Source: Patescibacteria group bacterium (GTDB lineage: Bacteria; Patescibacteriota; Microgenomatia; UBA10105; UBA927). From it: a stretch of DNA of 64,000 nt. The position numbers and the translations under genes are program-made. Below are positions 19,222 through 28,024 of the stretch, piece by piece. Where the stretch lies: the NCBI GenBank assembly GCA_049322955.1, contig JBMOPU010000012.1, positions 886,186 through 950,185 of the forward strand. Direction: 5' to 3'. Every line of letters begins with the position of its first letter. Position 1 is the first letter of the stretch. The notes below the pieces were generated by a model, which made no database searches, was not told where the DNA came from, and worked only from the letters and a program-made list of their open reading frames with translations.

Positions 19222-20247
19222 TCAGGTGAAGAGCGAGGCATTCTCCCGCACCCATTCATACAGTTTTGTTATGCCCTCAGTAACACCCGTTGTCGGTTCC
19301 CAACCGAATTCTTTTTTCGCTTTTCTTACGTCAGCAACAAATATTTTCTGATCACCGGGACGCCAGTCCTGCGGGCTGACGCGGATGGTTTTTTTAAATA
19401 ATTTTTCCAGCAGCGGACCGAATTCATGCCACACCGATAACGTATTTTTGGGACCGCCTCCGATATTATAGAGGCCGCCTTTTGTTTTTTTGCCTGCGGC
19501 AATCGCCATATCGTATGCGTGTATCAGATCATCAACGTACAGAAGGTCGCGCACCTGTTTCCCGTCGCCGTAAATGGTAAGTTTTTTCCCGATGGTGGTG
19601 GCGATGATAAACCACGCGACCCATCCCTGATCCTCTACGCCGAACTGTCGCGGTCCGTAAATACACGATTGACGGAACACCACGGTGTCCAATCCGTATA
19701 TCCTGCCGTAATCATGCACGTATTGATCGGCGGTTCCCTTCGAACAGCCGTACGGCGAATGAAAATCCAAGGGAGCGGATTCACTCACTCCGTGTGAAAG
19801 CTTTTCATACGCATACCGGCCGTTTTTTTCAACGACCGAAACATCTTCCATTCCCCCGTATACTTTATTGGTTGACGAATAAATAAGCTTGGCCCGGCTG
19901 GAACTTGCCCGCATCGCTTCAAGCAGGTTAAAGGTACCCAACGCGTTGATTTCAAAATCTTCCCGCGGGTCGAGTACCGATGTGGTCACGGCAACCTGCG
20001 CGGCCAGGTGCAACACGGCGTCGGCGTTTTTCAAAAAACCGACGAGCTTGGCCACGTCGGCGGGTTTCCGGAGATCTCCTTTGATAAAGGTGAGTTTGCC
20101 GCCCAAACGCTTAAGCCAGGCAAGATTTTTGTCGGTGTTTTTCCGCGAGAGATTATCAAAGACCACGACATCGGCTTTTTTGCCGAGGTAAAACGCTGCG
20201 GCATTACTGCCGATAAACCCCGCACCCCCGGTAATGACGATACGCAT
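19222..20247 (-). CDS. rfbE: CDP-paratose 2-epimerase (CDP-tyvelose epimerase)-like SDR
   Basis: ITGGAGFIGSN, DNLSR, HLAAQVAVTTS, STNKVYG, LDFHSPYGCSKG, FRQSCIYGPRQFGVEDQGWV.WF, YNIGGG, RPGDQ. Confidence 0.88.
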   Translation of the reverse strand: MRIVITGGAGFIGSNAAAFYLGKKADVVVFDNLSRKNTDKNLAWLKRLGGKLTFIKGDLRKPADVAKLVGFLKNADAVLHLAAQVAVTTSVLDPREDFEINALGTFNLLEAMRASSSRAKLIYSSTNKVYGGMEDVSVVEKNGRYAYEKLSHGVSESAPLDFHSPYGCSKGTADQYVHDYGRIYGLDTVVFRQSCIYGPRQFGVEDQGWVAWFIIATTIGKKLTIYGDGKQVRDLLYVDDLIHAYDMAIAAGKKTKGGLYNIGGGPKNTLSVWHEFGPLLEKLFKKTIRVSPQDWRPGDQKIFVADVRKAKKEFGWEPTTGVTEGITKLYEWVRENASLFT

Positions 20248-20259
20248 AACGATCCTCCT

Positions 20260-21048
20260 TTACGGGACAGATACTTTAAAATTCAGTTCCTCATCAAAGC
20301 GCCATTTGCGCTTGTTTAAGTTATCATAATACCGCAGAAAGCGTAACCGATAAAATACCGCGATCGTATCCCAGAGCATATTGAGGATTGTTTTCCACAC
20401 CCCGGTGGAAGTGATGCTGGAGGCTCCCGTAAAATCAAGCTCGACGGGCGCTTCGTAGATACGGGTGTACCCCAGGTATTTGGCGACGGCGAGTATTTCG
20501 ATATCGAACGCGAATTGTTTCACTACCAATCGCGGCAGTACATCCTCGAGCACCGTTCGCCGGTACAGCTTCATCCCTACCTGGGTATCCCGCACATTCA
20601 ATCCGAAAAGAAGCCGCACCAACTGCTGATATCCCCAGGAGAGAATTTTCCTCTCCAACGGATACATCACTTTGGAAACGGGATGCCGTTTGCTCCCGAC
20701 AATGATATCCGCGTTATACCATTTGAAATGCTCGAGCATCATGGAAAGCCCGAGCTCGCTTAAATCTCCTCCCGCATCGAGAAACCCGATCACGTCACCG
20801 TGCGACTTCCCCATACCGAAACGGACGGCATACCCTTTGCCATGGTTCGTTTTGTACCCGGTCACCGTAACTTTTGTCGAACGGACTTTTTTTGCCTCCT
20901 CAAAGCTTTTGTCATCCATCCCGTCTATTACCACGATTACTTCCGTCGGCACATGGAGCAACTCAAGCTCCGCCAGGATATTCTGCAACTGTTTGCGTAT
21001 GGTTTTTTCCTGATGATAGACGGGAATAATAAGACTTAACAGTTTCAT
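20260..21048 (-). CDS. GT2, polyprenyl-phosphate glycosyltransferase (DPM/DPG-synthase-like)
   Basis: N.GKGYAVR.G, FLDAGGD, VGSK, RDTQVGMK, FAFDIEIL, EAPV. ATG at 21048 preferred over the track start 21216. Confidence 0.85.
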   Translation of the reverse strand: MKLLSLIIPVYHQEKTIRKQLQNILAELELLHVPTEVIVVIDGMDDKSFEEAKKVRSTKVTVTGYKTNHGKGYAVRFGMGKSHGDVIGFLDAGGDLSELGLSMMLEHFKWYNADIIVGSKRHPVSKVMYPLERKILSWGYQQLVRLLFGLNVRDTQVGMKLYRRTVLEDVLPRLVVKQFAFDIEILAVAKYLGYTRIYEAPVELDFTGASSITSTGVWKTILNMLWDTIAVFYRLRFLRYYDNLNKRKWRFDEELNFKVSVP

Positions 21049-21052
21049 AGGC

Positions 21053-22303
21053 TTATCGCTTCCGGCGATAGTATAGCAAAAGACCGATAAATAACCCGAC
21101 GGCAACCGTGATATTTGCGGTAATGATCGAAAAGATACTATCGTGGAATGCCACGATAGCGGCAATCTGGACAACCGACGCTCCCGCGACAAACACCCAT
21201 ACACCCGTCTTTCCATGCCCCAAGAGCGTCATAATCAACACGTAACACAGCGAGTAAAACGATAAAAATATTCCCATCCAACCCACATGCGGAGCCGCGG
21301 GATAATACGATGCGCCAAACAGTAGCCCCAAGGCGATATGAGGGAACAGAAAATATCCGGTGGTAATCCCAAAAGAAACGGTGCATACCGCGAGCAACGC
21401 CGCCATCACCAGATTTCGCGAGCCTGTATTTTGCTTGGTTCGCTCCGCCACAACCGGAAAAAGCACATATGAAACGCTGCTTGAGGCAAAGTAGACTATT
21501 TTCCCCATGACCGAAAGCGCCGCATAATAGCCCGCTTCAACGGGCGGAAGAAAATGTTTGGCAAGCAGGATATCCGTACTATAGAGCGACGTGATGCCGA
21601 GCATGGTGATAAGCGACGGTGCCGAATAGGAAACGAATTCTTTTTTGGAAATCCCGCTCGGTTTGGCGTTTGCCGAGTAGACAAAACGAAGCGGGAGAAA
21701 GTATGCACCGAAACCGACAAGTCCCGTCAAAAATCCCGCGATAACCGTTTCCACAACACCCATCGCCGCCCCTATAATGCCACCCAGTAACCTCAATACG
21801 GTCGTAACGTTGTTCATCACCATCGCGGCGGTAAAAAGCTGGAACCCCTGCAACAAGCTGGTCTGGACGACGGTCACGATCCATAACGCGGAGGTAAGAT
21901 ACATGAACAGGATGGAGACAGGATGTGAAATGTGCAAAAAATCAGCAAGTATCCCCATAAGCGGCAGGACTGCCGCGGTTCCCCCTATCGCGACGATCGT
22001 TAGCCATTTCATCGTTTCGAGGCCGAGATTTTTTGCCTTCCCTACCTCCTGTTTTGCACGAAATCCCGCGATATACTTGGTGAGCACCGTTTGGAGCACC
22101 AGTGACGGAACGTTCAACAGATAGGAAAACGAAAACAGCGAGGCAAGTTCTCCGTAGGAAACGGGTCCCAGCATTCTTCCCACCACCAGGTGATAGGCGT
22201 ACGCGCCGAGATTGGCGAGCGTCGAACCGATAAGGACGACAGCGCTTCCTCTTGCCAGGGGATGGGCGGCAATTCGCCGAAAGAAAGAAATAACCGTTTT
22301 CAT
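21053..22303 (-). CDS. Wzx/MOP-family oligosaccharide flippase
   Basis: About 12 TMs, GRMLGPVSYGELASL, TDILLAKHFL...AGYYAA, VLFP. ATG at 22303 gives an ATGA overlap. Confidence 0.85.
   Translation of the reverse strand: MKTVISFFRRIAAHPLARGSAVVLIGSTLANLGAYAYHLVVGRMLGPVSYGELASLFSFSYLLNVPSLVLQTVLTKYIAGFRAKQEVGKAKNLGLETMKWLTIVAIGGTAAVLPLMGILADFLHISHPVSILFMYLTSALWIVTVVQTSLLQGFQLFTAAMVMNNVTTVLRLLGGIIGAAMGVVETVIAGFLTGLVGFGAYFLPLRFVYSANAKPSGISKKEFVSYSAPSLITMLGITSLYSTDILLAKHFLPPVEAGYYAALSVMGKIVYFASSSVSYVLFPVVAERTKQNTGSRNLVMAALLAVCTVSFGITTGYFLFPHIALGLLFGASYYPAAPHVGWMGIFLSFYSLCYVLIMTLLGHGKTGVWVFVAGASVVQIAAIVAFHDSIFSIITANITVAVGLFIGLLLYYRRKR
21070..21078 (-). promoter_or_regulatory. Candidate extended -10 (TGcTATACT) upstream of the GT2 gene at 21048
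   Basis: Minus strand TTTTGCTATACTATCGCC, inside the last codons of the flippase gene. Confidence 0.4.
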
Positions 22304-22989
22304 GGGCGCCAGAAGCGGTAGCGAACGAGCGTAAGCAGGGCAATTACCCCGTCCCACCAGGTCAGCTTTTTCCCTTCTTCAAATTTTCTCCCGAAATAGG
22401 AAATCGGTACTTCATAAATCTGATGGCCGCTCCGCAAAAGTTTTGCAGTCACCTCCGGCTCAAAATCAAACCGCTTGGCGTTTATCGTAATGTTGGAGAG
22501 CGCGTCTTTCCGAAATGCCTTATAACCGGTTTCCATATCGGTGATATTGGTGTTGTAGAAAATGTTGGTGAGTAACGTGACAAACTTGTTGCCGAGTTCA
22601 TAGACAAACATGGTGGAAAGATGCGCGCCCAAAAATCGAGATCCGTAGACTACTTTGACGCGTTCGTTTTCAAACGGGGCAAGCAGTGTGGGATAGTCCG
22701 CCGGACTGTACTCGAGATCGGCATCTTGAATAAGGATGATGTCTCCGGTCGCTTCCCGTATTCCCCGGGAAACGGCGGATCCTTTTCCCCCGTTTTTCGG
22801 CATGACGATAAGCCGGATTTTTTTCTGCCAATGCTTGAGCAGTTGCGGTGTTCCGTCGACGGATCCGTCGTCCACGACGATGACTTCTTTTGTCCATCCC
22901 GGCACCGTTTGGGCAAACACGCGGGTAAGCACCGACTCAATCGTCGCCGCTTCGTTATAGGTGGGAATAATCACGGAAAGTTTTTTCAT
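22300..22989 (-). CDS. GT2, DPM1/ArnC-like polyprenyl-phosphate glycosyltransferase
   Basis: IPTYNE, VDDGS.DGT, GKGSA, IQDADLEYSP, VYGSRF, TDMETGYK, FDFEPE.TAK, EGKKL.W.DG. Confidence 0.9.
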   Translation of the reverse strand: MKKLSVIIPTYNEAATIESVLTRVFAQTVPGWTKEVIVVDDGSVDGTPQLLKHWQKKIRLIVMPKNGGKGSAVSRGIREATGDIILIQDADLEYSPADYPTLLAPFENERVKVVYGSRFLGAHLSTMFVYELGNKFVTLLTNIFYNTNITDMETGYKAFRKDALSNITINAKRFDFEPEVTAKLLRSGHQIYEVPISYFGRKFEEGKKLTWWDGVIALLTLVRYRFWRP

Positions 22990-22993
22990 ACGA

Positions 22994-24049
22994 TCAGGAA
23001 AGCGACGCATAGACCGACGCCGTTTCTTTTGCCACCCGTTTCCAGGTGAATTGTTTTGCCCATTCCATTTCGTTTTTTACCAGCTGTTTGCGTTCCTTGG
23101 GCGGAAGCATAACCGACTGTCGTATGGCACGCGCCAACTCCCCGGTATTGCCCGGATCGGCACTGAGCGCGGGACCCGATATTTCGGGGATACTCCCCCG
23201 GTCACTTGCCACCACCGGCACCCCGCACATCATCGCCTCTATCACCGGGAATCCGAACCCTTCATACCATGAAGGAAGCACTACGGATCGTGCACCGGAA
23301 TAGAGCGCGGACATATCCTCATCCCGGATAAATCCGGGGCGAATCACATGTTTCCCTATCCCGAGCGACGTAATAAGCTGCAGGATATCACGGGTTTCCC
23401 GCAGTTCCGTATTGGAAAACGCGCTGCCTGCCAACACTAATGTTGTGTTTCTGCTTCGGGAAAGTTTTGCCCTGGTCAGCTTCCACGCGGCAAGAAGTCC
23501 CGTAACGTTTTTGTTCCAGTTCACGTCCCCGACATACAGCACGTATTCCTCCGGCAGATGATATCGCTGTCGCATGGCACGAATCCTCTGCTCGTCGGTG
23601 ACCCGCTTATAGGACGGCGAGGGGGCAAGGGGCACTACATGGATTTTTTCTTCCTGTTTGCCCGTCAATTTCGCGATATCTTTTTTGCTTGATCGGGAAT
23701 CGGTCACAATCGCCGCGGCTCCCATAAGCGATAATCGCTGTATTTGCCATTTTACCCTGCCGCGAATCCCGGGCGGAAATTTATCCGGAAATAGCAGCGG
23801 AATCATGTCGTGGACGGTTACCACCGTGGGATAGTGCTTAAAAAACGGCAGGGTCAGAAAAAAAGGGTCAAAAAACGGATAATGCACGACATCCGTCTTT
23901 TTGAGGATATCCTCAACCCGGGTAAAAAAGGAATACGTGTGCCCTTTTTCGTATTTTAGCAGCGCGTCAATGAGGTTTTTGGTATAGACACCCGTCCCCC
24001 GCATCCGGTGTTCGGTCGAGAGCGGCAACGTATTTATCGCGATATTCAT
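22994..24049 (-). CDS. GT4 glycosyltransferase (MtfB/WbaZ-like mannosyltransferase group)
   Basis: GTGVY, VVTVHD.IP, YVG....KN, PSWYEGFGFPVIEAM.CG.PV. ATG at 24049. Confidence 0.9.
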   Translation of the reverse strand: MNIAINTLPLSTEHRMRGTGVYTKNLIDALLKYEKGHTYSFFTRVEDILKKTDVVHYPFFDPFFLTLPFFKHYPTVVTVHDMIPLLFPDKFPPGIRGRVKWQIQRLSLMGAAAIVTDSRSSKKDIAKLTGKQEEKIHVVPLAPSPSYKRVTDEQRIRAMRQRYHLPEEYVLYVGDVNWNKNVTGLLAAWKLTRAKLSRSRNTTLVLAGSAFSNTELRETRDILQLITSLGIGKHVIRPGFIRDEDMSALYSGARSVVLPSWYEGFGFPVIEAMMCGVPVVASDRGSIPEISGPALSADPGNTGELARAIRQSVMLPPKERKQLVKNEMEWAKQFTWKRVAKETASVYASLS

Positions 24050-25587
24050 AATTGCCTCTTGAGTATAAACGATACGAATGCGACAGACAACGAAAGAACG
24101 CCGATAAAAACGGACAGCCGCTGCCACCATGTCTCATGCAGTGCTATCTCGCCTTCCCGTACGCCGGAAGGAATCGTAAATGACGCAAGACCGCGTCCGT
24201 CGGGTTCACTGGGTATTGTTTTTTCTCCCGTGATAAATACCCATCCCGGATAGTGCGCGACGGGAGCGGTAAGCGTCCCGCTTGCGGTGGCGGTAAGGGA
24301 TATCGCATAACGGGTCGGTGCCGTTTTTTCCGCGGAGACGGTTCCCGATGACAGAGAAAACGGCGTGGTCGCAAGCGACTTGGGATCGCCGGTTATCCAT
24401 CGGGTCTGAAACGCATTCCCGAGCGACGAGGTGCCGCGGGACAATTGTTCATGCGCAAAATACTGTGCATCCGTCCGCGGCTGATAGATAACCGGATGAA
24501 AATACCGCCAGGTAAATGCAAATGCGCACACCACGATCAGAACGCTGACGACGTTTTTTCGCGCAACCGCGGCAGCGAGTATCGGGGTCGCTATGACGAT
24601 AACCGCAAGGAGCCGCCACGGATACTGGATGAGCGAAAGCGGCGGGATCATTTGCCATACAAACACAGAGACCGGCAACATGAAAAAAACGGCGGCAACA
24701 CCGAGCAGCCGATAGAAGAGGAGTTCTTTGCGAAGGTGATTTTCTTTCCGGGAAACAAAGAGACCTGCGATAAAAATCACCATCGGCATAATCCCGATCT
24801 GGTAGGACATTTCGGTAGCGCCTCCCGTTTGTCCGCGGTAGCCGCTTCCCCAGGATGGGAGCAACAACTGGTCTAACCGGGGAAAATAATCAAACACATT
24901 CACGTTACTGAGCCCGCTAATGAACTGCCGTTCATAGAGCGCGGGTATCCAAAACACACTCGACATACCCACACCCAGGAGTATGGCAAAAAGCCCTTGC
25001 CGGCAAAACAAAAAAGCGTACAGAAAAAGTACCGGCACAAATAGCATCGCCATAATGTTATGACTGACGATAAGAAGCGCCACACCGGCGGACGCCATAC
25101 CGTATCGTTTTTTCGTAAGCGCAAAGAGTGATGCAAATATGAAGGCGATCGCCCATATCTCGCCAAGGGAACCGCGGATATACATATCAAGAAACCAGTA
25201 CGGTACAAAAGCCCCTGCCAGCGCCCCGATCGCGGCACGGAATGTACCGAATTTTTCCTTGAGCCAGAGGTATGAAAAGAGCACGGCGACAATATAACCC
25301 GTTGCGGTAACTAATTTGACGCTATCGACAAATGAAAATCCGAATACATGAAACAATGCGCCTACCAGGTTGGGAAACGGATATTGAAACGTAAACAGCG
25401 GGATCCCCAACCCATAATTTAAATCCGGAGCCCATCGGGGAAATAACGTGCCGCCGGAAAGCATCGTAAAATACTGCCAGAACCGTATAATGTGATATTC
25501 ACCGTCATGGGTCGGAATAAATCCATTCCCGAACAACGGTGACGCGGCAAAAAGTACCGGAATAAGGACAAGGATAAACGGTATCAT
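24046..25587 (-). CDS. PTPS-related (PF10131-like) GT-C membrane glycosyltransferase
   Basis: THDGEYH, PRWAPDLNYGLG.PLF, Y.RG..GE, SHN, QYPWR, HYPGW. ATG at 25587 gives an ATGA overlap. Confidence 0.78.
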   Translation of the reverse strand: MIPFILVLIPVLFAASPLFGNGFIPTHDGEYHIIRFWQYFTMLSGGTLFPRWAPDLNYGLGIPLFTFQYPFPNLVGALFHVFGFSFVDSVKLVTATGYIVAVLFSYLWLKEKFGTFRAAIGALAGAFVPYWFLDMYIRGSLGEIWAIAFIFASLFALTKKRYGMASAGVALLIVSHNIMAMLFVPVLFLYAFLFCRQGLFAILLGVGMSSVFWIPALYERQFISGLSNVNVFDYFPRLDQLLLPSWGSGYRGQTGGATEMSYQIGIMPMVIFIAGLFVSRKENHLRKELLFYRLLGVAAVFFMLPVSVFVWQMIPPLSLIQYPWRLLAVIVIATPILAAAVARKNVVSVLIVVCAFAFTWRYFHPVIYQPRTDAQYFAHEQLSRGTSSLGNAFQTRWITGDPKSLATTPFSLSSGTVSAEKTAPTRYAISLTATASGTLTAPVAHYPGWVFITGEKTIPSEPDGRGLASFTIPSGVREGEIALHETWWQRLSVFIGVLSLSVAFVSFILKRQL

Positions 25588-26723
25588 AGACGCTTTTTCG
25601 GAAAAATCCGCGATCCAAAAATCATCGATATTCCGTAGATGATAAGCGGAATTGCGGTAAGTACTACCCGTGCTATCGGCGTTATCCCCCCGTATTCCCT
25701 TGTCGCTATCCACGGAATGTACCGTGCCATAAGGCCCAACGAAAGCCAAAACACAACGCCGTGCATCAACCCGTTTGTTGTTCTCGGGATACACGCCGCG
25801 ATACTGATGAACCACACGGCATACCAGGGATACATTTCTTCACGCAAGGGACTAACGAGAAATACGCCGACCATAAGCCAAAACGCGTACCGGTATTTTT
25901 TATCGATTGAAAGCTTGGGGAGGAAAAATAACGGTAACAAGGCAACCGTTGCTCCTTTGATAAGTATCGAGGCGATAAACAAAAGCACGGCTACGATTTT
26001 TACGGGCACACCTTTTCTGTCCCATAAGACAAGCGAGCCGATGGCAAGCGCCATCATGGTGCCGTCGTTGTGACCGTTTATCAGCAGTTCCGTAACGATG
26101 AGCGGATTTGCCGCAAAAAACAGCACCTGATCCGTCCGCCCGGTTTTTCGGTAAATTAACCAACAAATAATCCCATACGAAACGCCCGCCAAGAGTTTGA
26201 ACGAAAAAATACTCAAAAATATGTGACCGTTTCCCGCCATGTGCGGAATCGCGGTAATTAAAATCCAAACCGGACCGTACAAGGCGAGTTTATTGGCTGC
26301 ACGCGTGAACGAAAGCATGGGTTCATTGGGTATTTCAATCGGCATCACCACATAGGGATTTTCCCTATACTGATAGGTTACTTTGGCAGTCGCGATGTAG
26401 TTGAATATGTCATAGGAAAGCGCCGGGAACGCAAACAGGGCAAGCAGGACGATACCGATAAGCATCCGGGGAATTTTTCGGATGCTCACCGTTGCCCGAT
26501 ATCGCAAAACATCGGCATAGGCGACGTACCAAATAACCAGAAAGACCCCGAAAAGCAGGGCGGTAAGCGGTGATTGCCGATACACCAAATACCGCATCAT
26601 ATCCTCCCATTGCCGGGTATAGGGAGCAAACGGGAGCGACAAATGCGGATCAATAAATCCGTAGGAGATAACGCAAAAAAGAAGTGCCGCAAGAATCGTC
26701 AACGCATATACCAATCGTTTCAT
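25584..26723 (-). CDS. MptA/MptB-like polyprenyl-phosphomannose-dependent GT-C glycosyltransferase
   Basis: SYDIFNY, ENPY, YGPVW, FK, NPL...L..NGHND, IK, YPWY..W. Confidence 0.75.
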   Translation of the reverse strand: MKRLVYALTILAALLFCVISYGFIDPHLSLPFAPYTRQWEDMMRYLVYRQSPLTALLFGVFLVIWYVAYADVLRYRATVSIRKIPRMLIGIVLLALFAFPALSYDIFNYIATAKVTYQYRENPYVVMPIEIPNEPMLSFTRAANKLALYGPVWILITAIPHMAGNGHIFLSIFSFKLLAGVSYGIICWLIYRKTGRTDQVLFFAANPLIVTELLINGHNDGTMMALAIGSLVLWDRKGVPVKIVAVLLFIASILIKGATVALLPLFFLPKLSIDKKYRYAFWLMVGVFLVSPLREEMYPWYAVWFISIAACIPRTTNGLMHGVVFWLSLGLMARYIPWIATREYGGITPIARVVLTAIPLIIYGISMIFGSRIFPKKRL

Positions 26724-26726
26724 AGG

Positions 26727-27260
26727 TTATAAAAGCGCTTGTTTTGCTTCTTCCCGGATGCGGAGCGATTCCGTTAACAAAGAAGAAAGCGGCAACTTGG
26801 TCGCATCGGTTTTTTCGGGAGTCCAGGTAAATGTTTCGGGAACATGCGCGCGTATGTCGGATAACACCCGCGTATGCTCCCCTATCGCACCCAGGTATCG
26901 CGCGACAAACAACCGTACGTCTTTCCCTTCCGCCGAGGCTTTTTGAAGAAGCGGCGTTGCTTTTTGGAATTCCCTATCGGAACGTTCCAACGCGTCCACG
27001 GCGAGGAGATACTGTTTGTATTCAAATAAGGTTTTTGCCTCGACAAGATATTTATCCGCAAGCGACAGATGGTATTTGTACCGGGTAATCGAGCCGAAAT
27101 ACAGCGGTTTTTTGAGCTCGTCGATAATGCGCATGATCCGATAGAGTTTGTTTCCCGGCATAGCGGAAGGATACGGCAATACGTACTCGGCACGAACCTG
27201 CGGGGATACGCTTAAAAAGATCACAATGCCGACCAAACAGCCGAACAGTCGAACGTTCAT
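26727..27260 (-). CDS. Exported helical protein, DUF5667-like
   Basis: Signal-peptide-like N-terminus (..VRA-EY), Y.LPYP..MPG..LY, L.LADK.L.EA..L, helical remainder. Confidence 0.65.
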   Translation of the reverse strand: MNVRLFGCLVGIVIFLSVSPQVRAEYVLPYPSAMPGNKLYRIMRIIDELKKPLYFGSITRYKYHLSLADKYLVEAKTLFEYKQYLLAVDALERSDREFQKATPLLQKASAEGKDVRLFVARYLGAIGEHTRVLSDIRAHVPETFTWTPEKTDATKLPLSSLLTESLRIREEAKQALL

Positions 27261-28024
27261 GATGCGAGAGATAATAAATACGCCTTAGGAAAATGGAGCG
27301 CTGAAAATAAGGCAAACAAAAACCCCCGCCATCCGTCGACAAATCCCTTATGACGGATAAACAGCAGGAAAAACGTACCAAGCGGTTTTCCCACAAGATA
27401 TGTTACCGCGGCGGCAATGCTTCGATTGCCTTTTTTTTCGGCAAGTTCGCGGGCGGTAAGGGCAATATACGCGGCGGATTTCTTCCAGTACTGCTTTGCC
27501 GAAACATAGGAATAGTGGTCAAGAGGATTGGAGAGTTTGCCTACCGAACCGGCTATCGTTATCTGCTCATGGACGCTTTTTTGGGGGAAACTTCCCTTCT
27601 CCCGCCTGAAGAGTCGGACGACATAATCCGGGTATTGCCCACCTTTGCGGAGCCAATCGCCCAAAAAATAATTTTTTCTCGGGATTGCGTATCCGTCAAG
27701 TGAATTGGCATTTGAGCATACCGCCCGGATTTCGGAGGCCAATTCATTACTCACCACCTCATCGGCATCGAGCTGGAGAATCCACACGCCGTGGGCATGA
27801 TCCAGTGCTTTTTGTTTATTGATGTGGAACATCGGCGGGTTGGTAGTTTCAATTACCGTAGCCCCGTGCTTTTTGGCAATGATCGCCGTGGTATCGGTAG
27901 ATGCGCCGTCCACCACCACGATTTCGTCGGCAAGCGTCCGCACCGACGCAAGACAGCGTTCGATATTTGCGGCTTCGTTATGGGTAGCCAGCGCTACGGT
28001 TATGAGGACATTCTTTTTCGCCAT
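27257..28024 (-). CDS. GT2, WaaE/KdtX/LgtF-like beta-glycosyltransferase
   Basis: HNEA.NI..CL.S, W.LQLDADE, PRKNYF.G.W...G.YPD..RLF, VHE, HYSY. Confidence 0.88.
   Translation of the reverse strand: MAKKNVLITVALATHNEAANIERCLASVRTLADEIVVVDGASTDTTAIIAKKHGATVIETTNPPMFHINKQKALDHAHGVWILQLDADEVVSNELASEIRAVCSNANSLDGYAIPRKNYFLGDWLRKGGQYPDYVVRLFRREKGSFPQKSVHEQITIAGSVGKLSNPLDHYSYVSAKQYWKKSAAYIALTARELAEKKGNRSIAAAVTYLVGKPLGTFFLLFIRHKGFVDGWRGFLFALFSALHFPKAYLLSLAS

Noticed and set aside
21054-21070. Hairpin TATCGC-TTCCG-GCGATA at the flippase 3' end as a terminator
   Set aside because: Only 6 bp and no U-tract on either side.
22330-22370. WWDG in the 22300 GT2 resembling the OST WWDYG motif
   Set aside because: It is the usual C-terminal KK.xWxDG motif of small DPM-like GT2s; the protein has no STT3 architecture.
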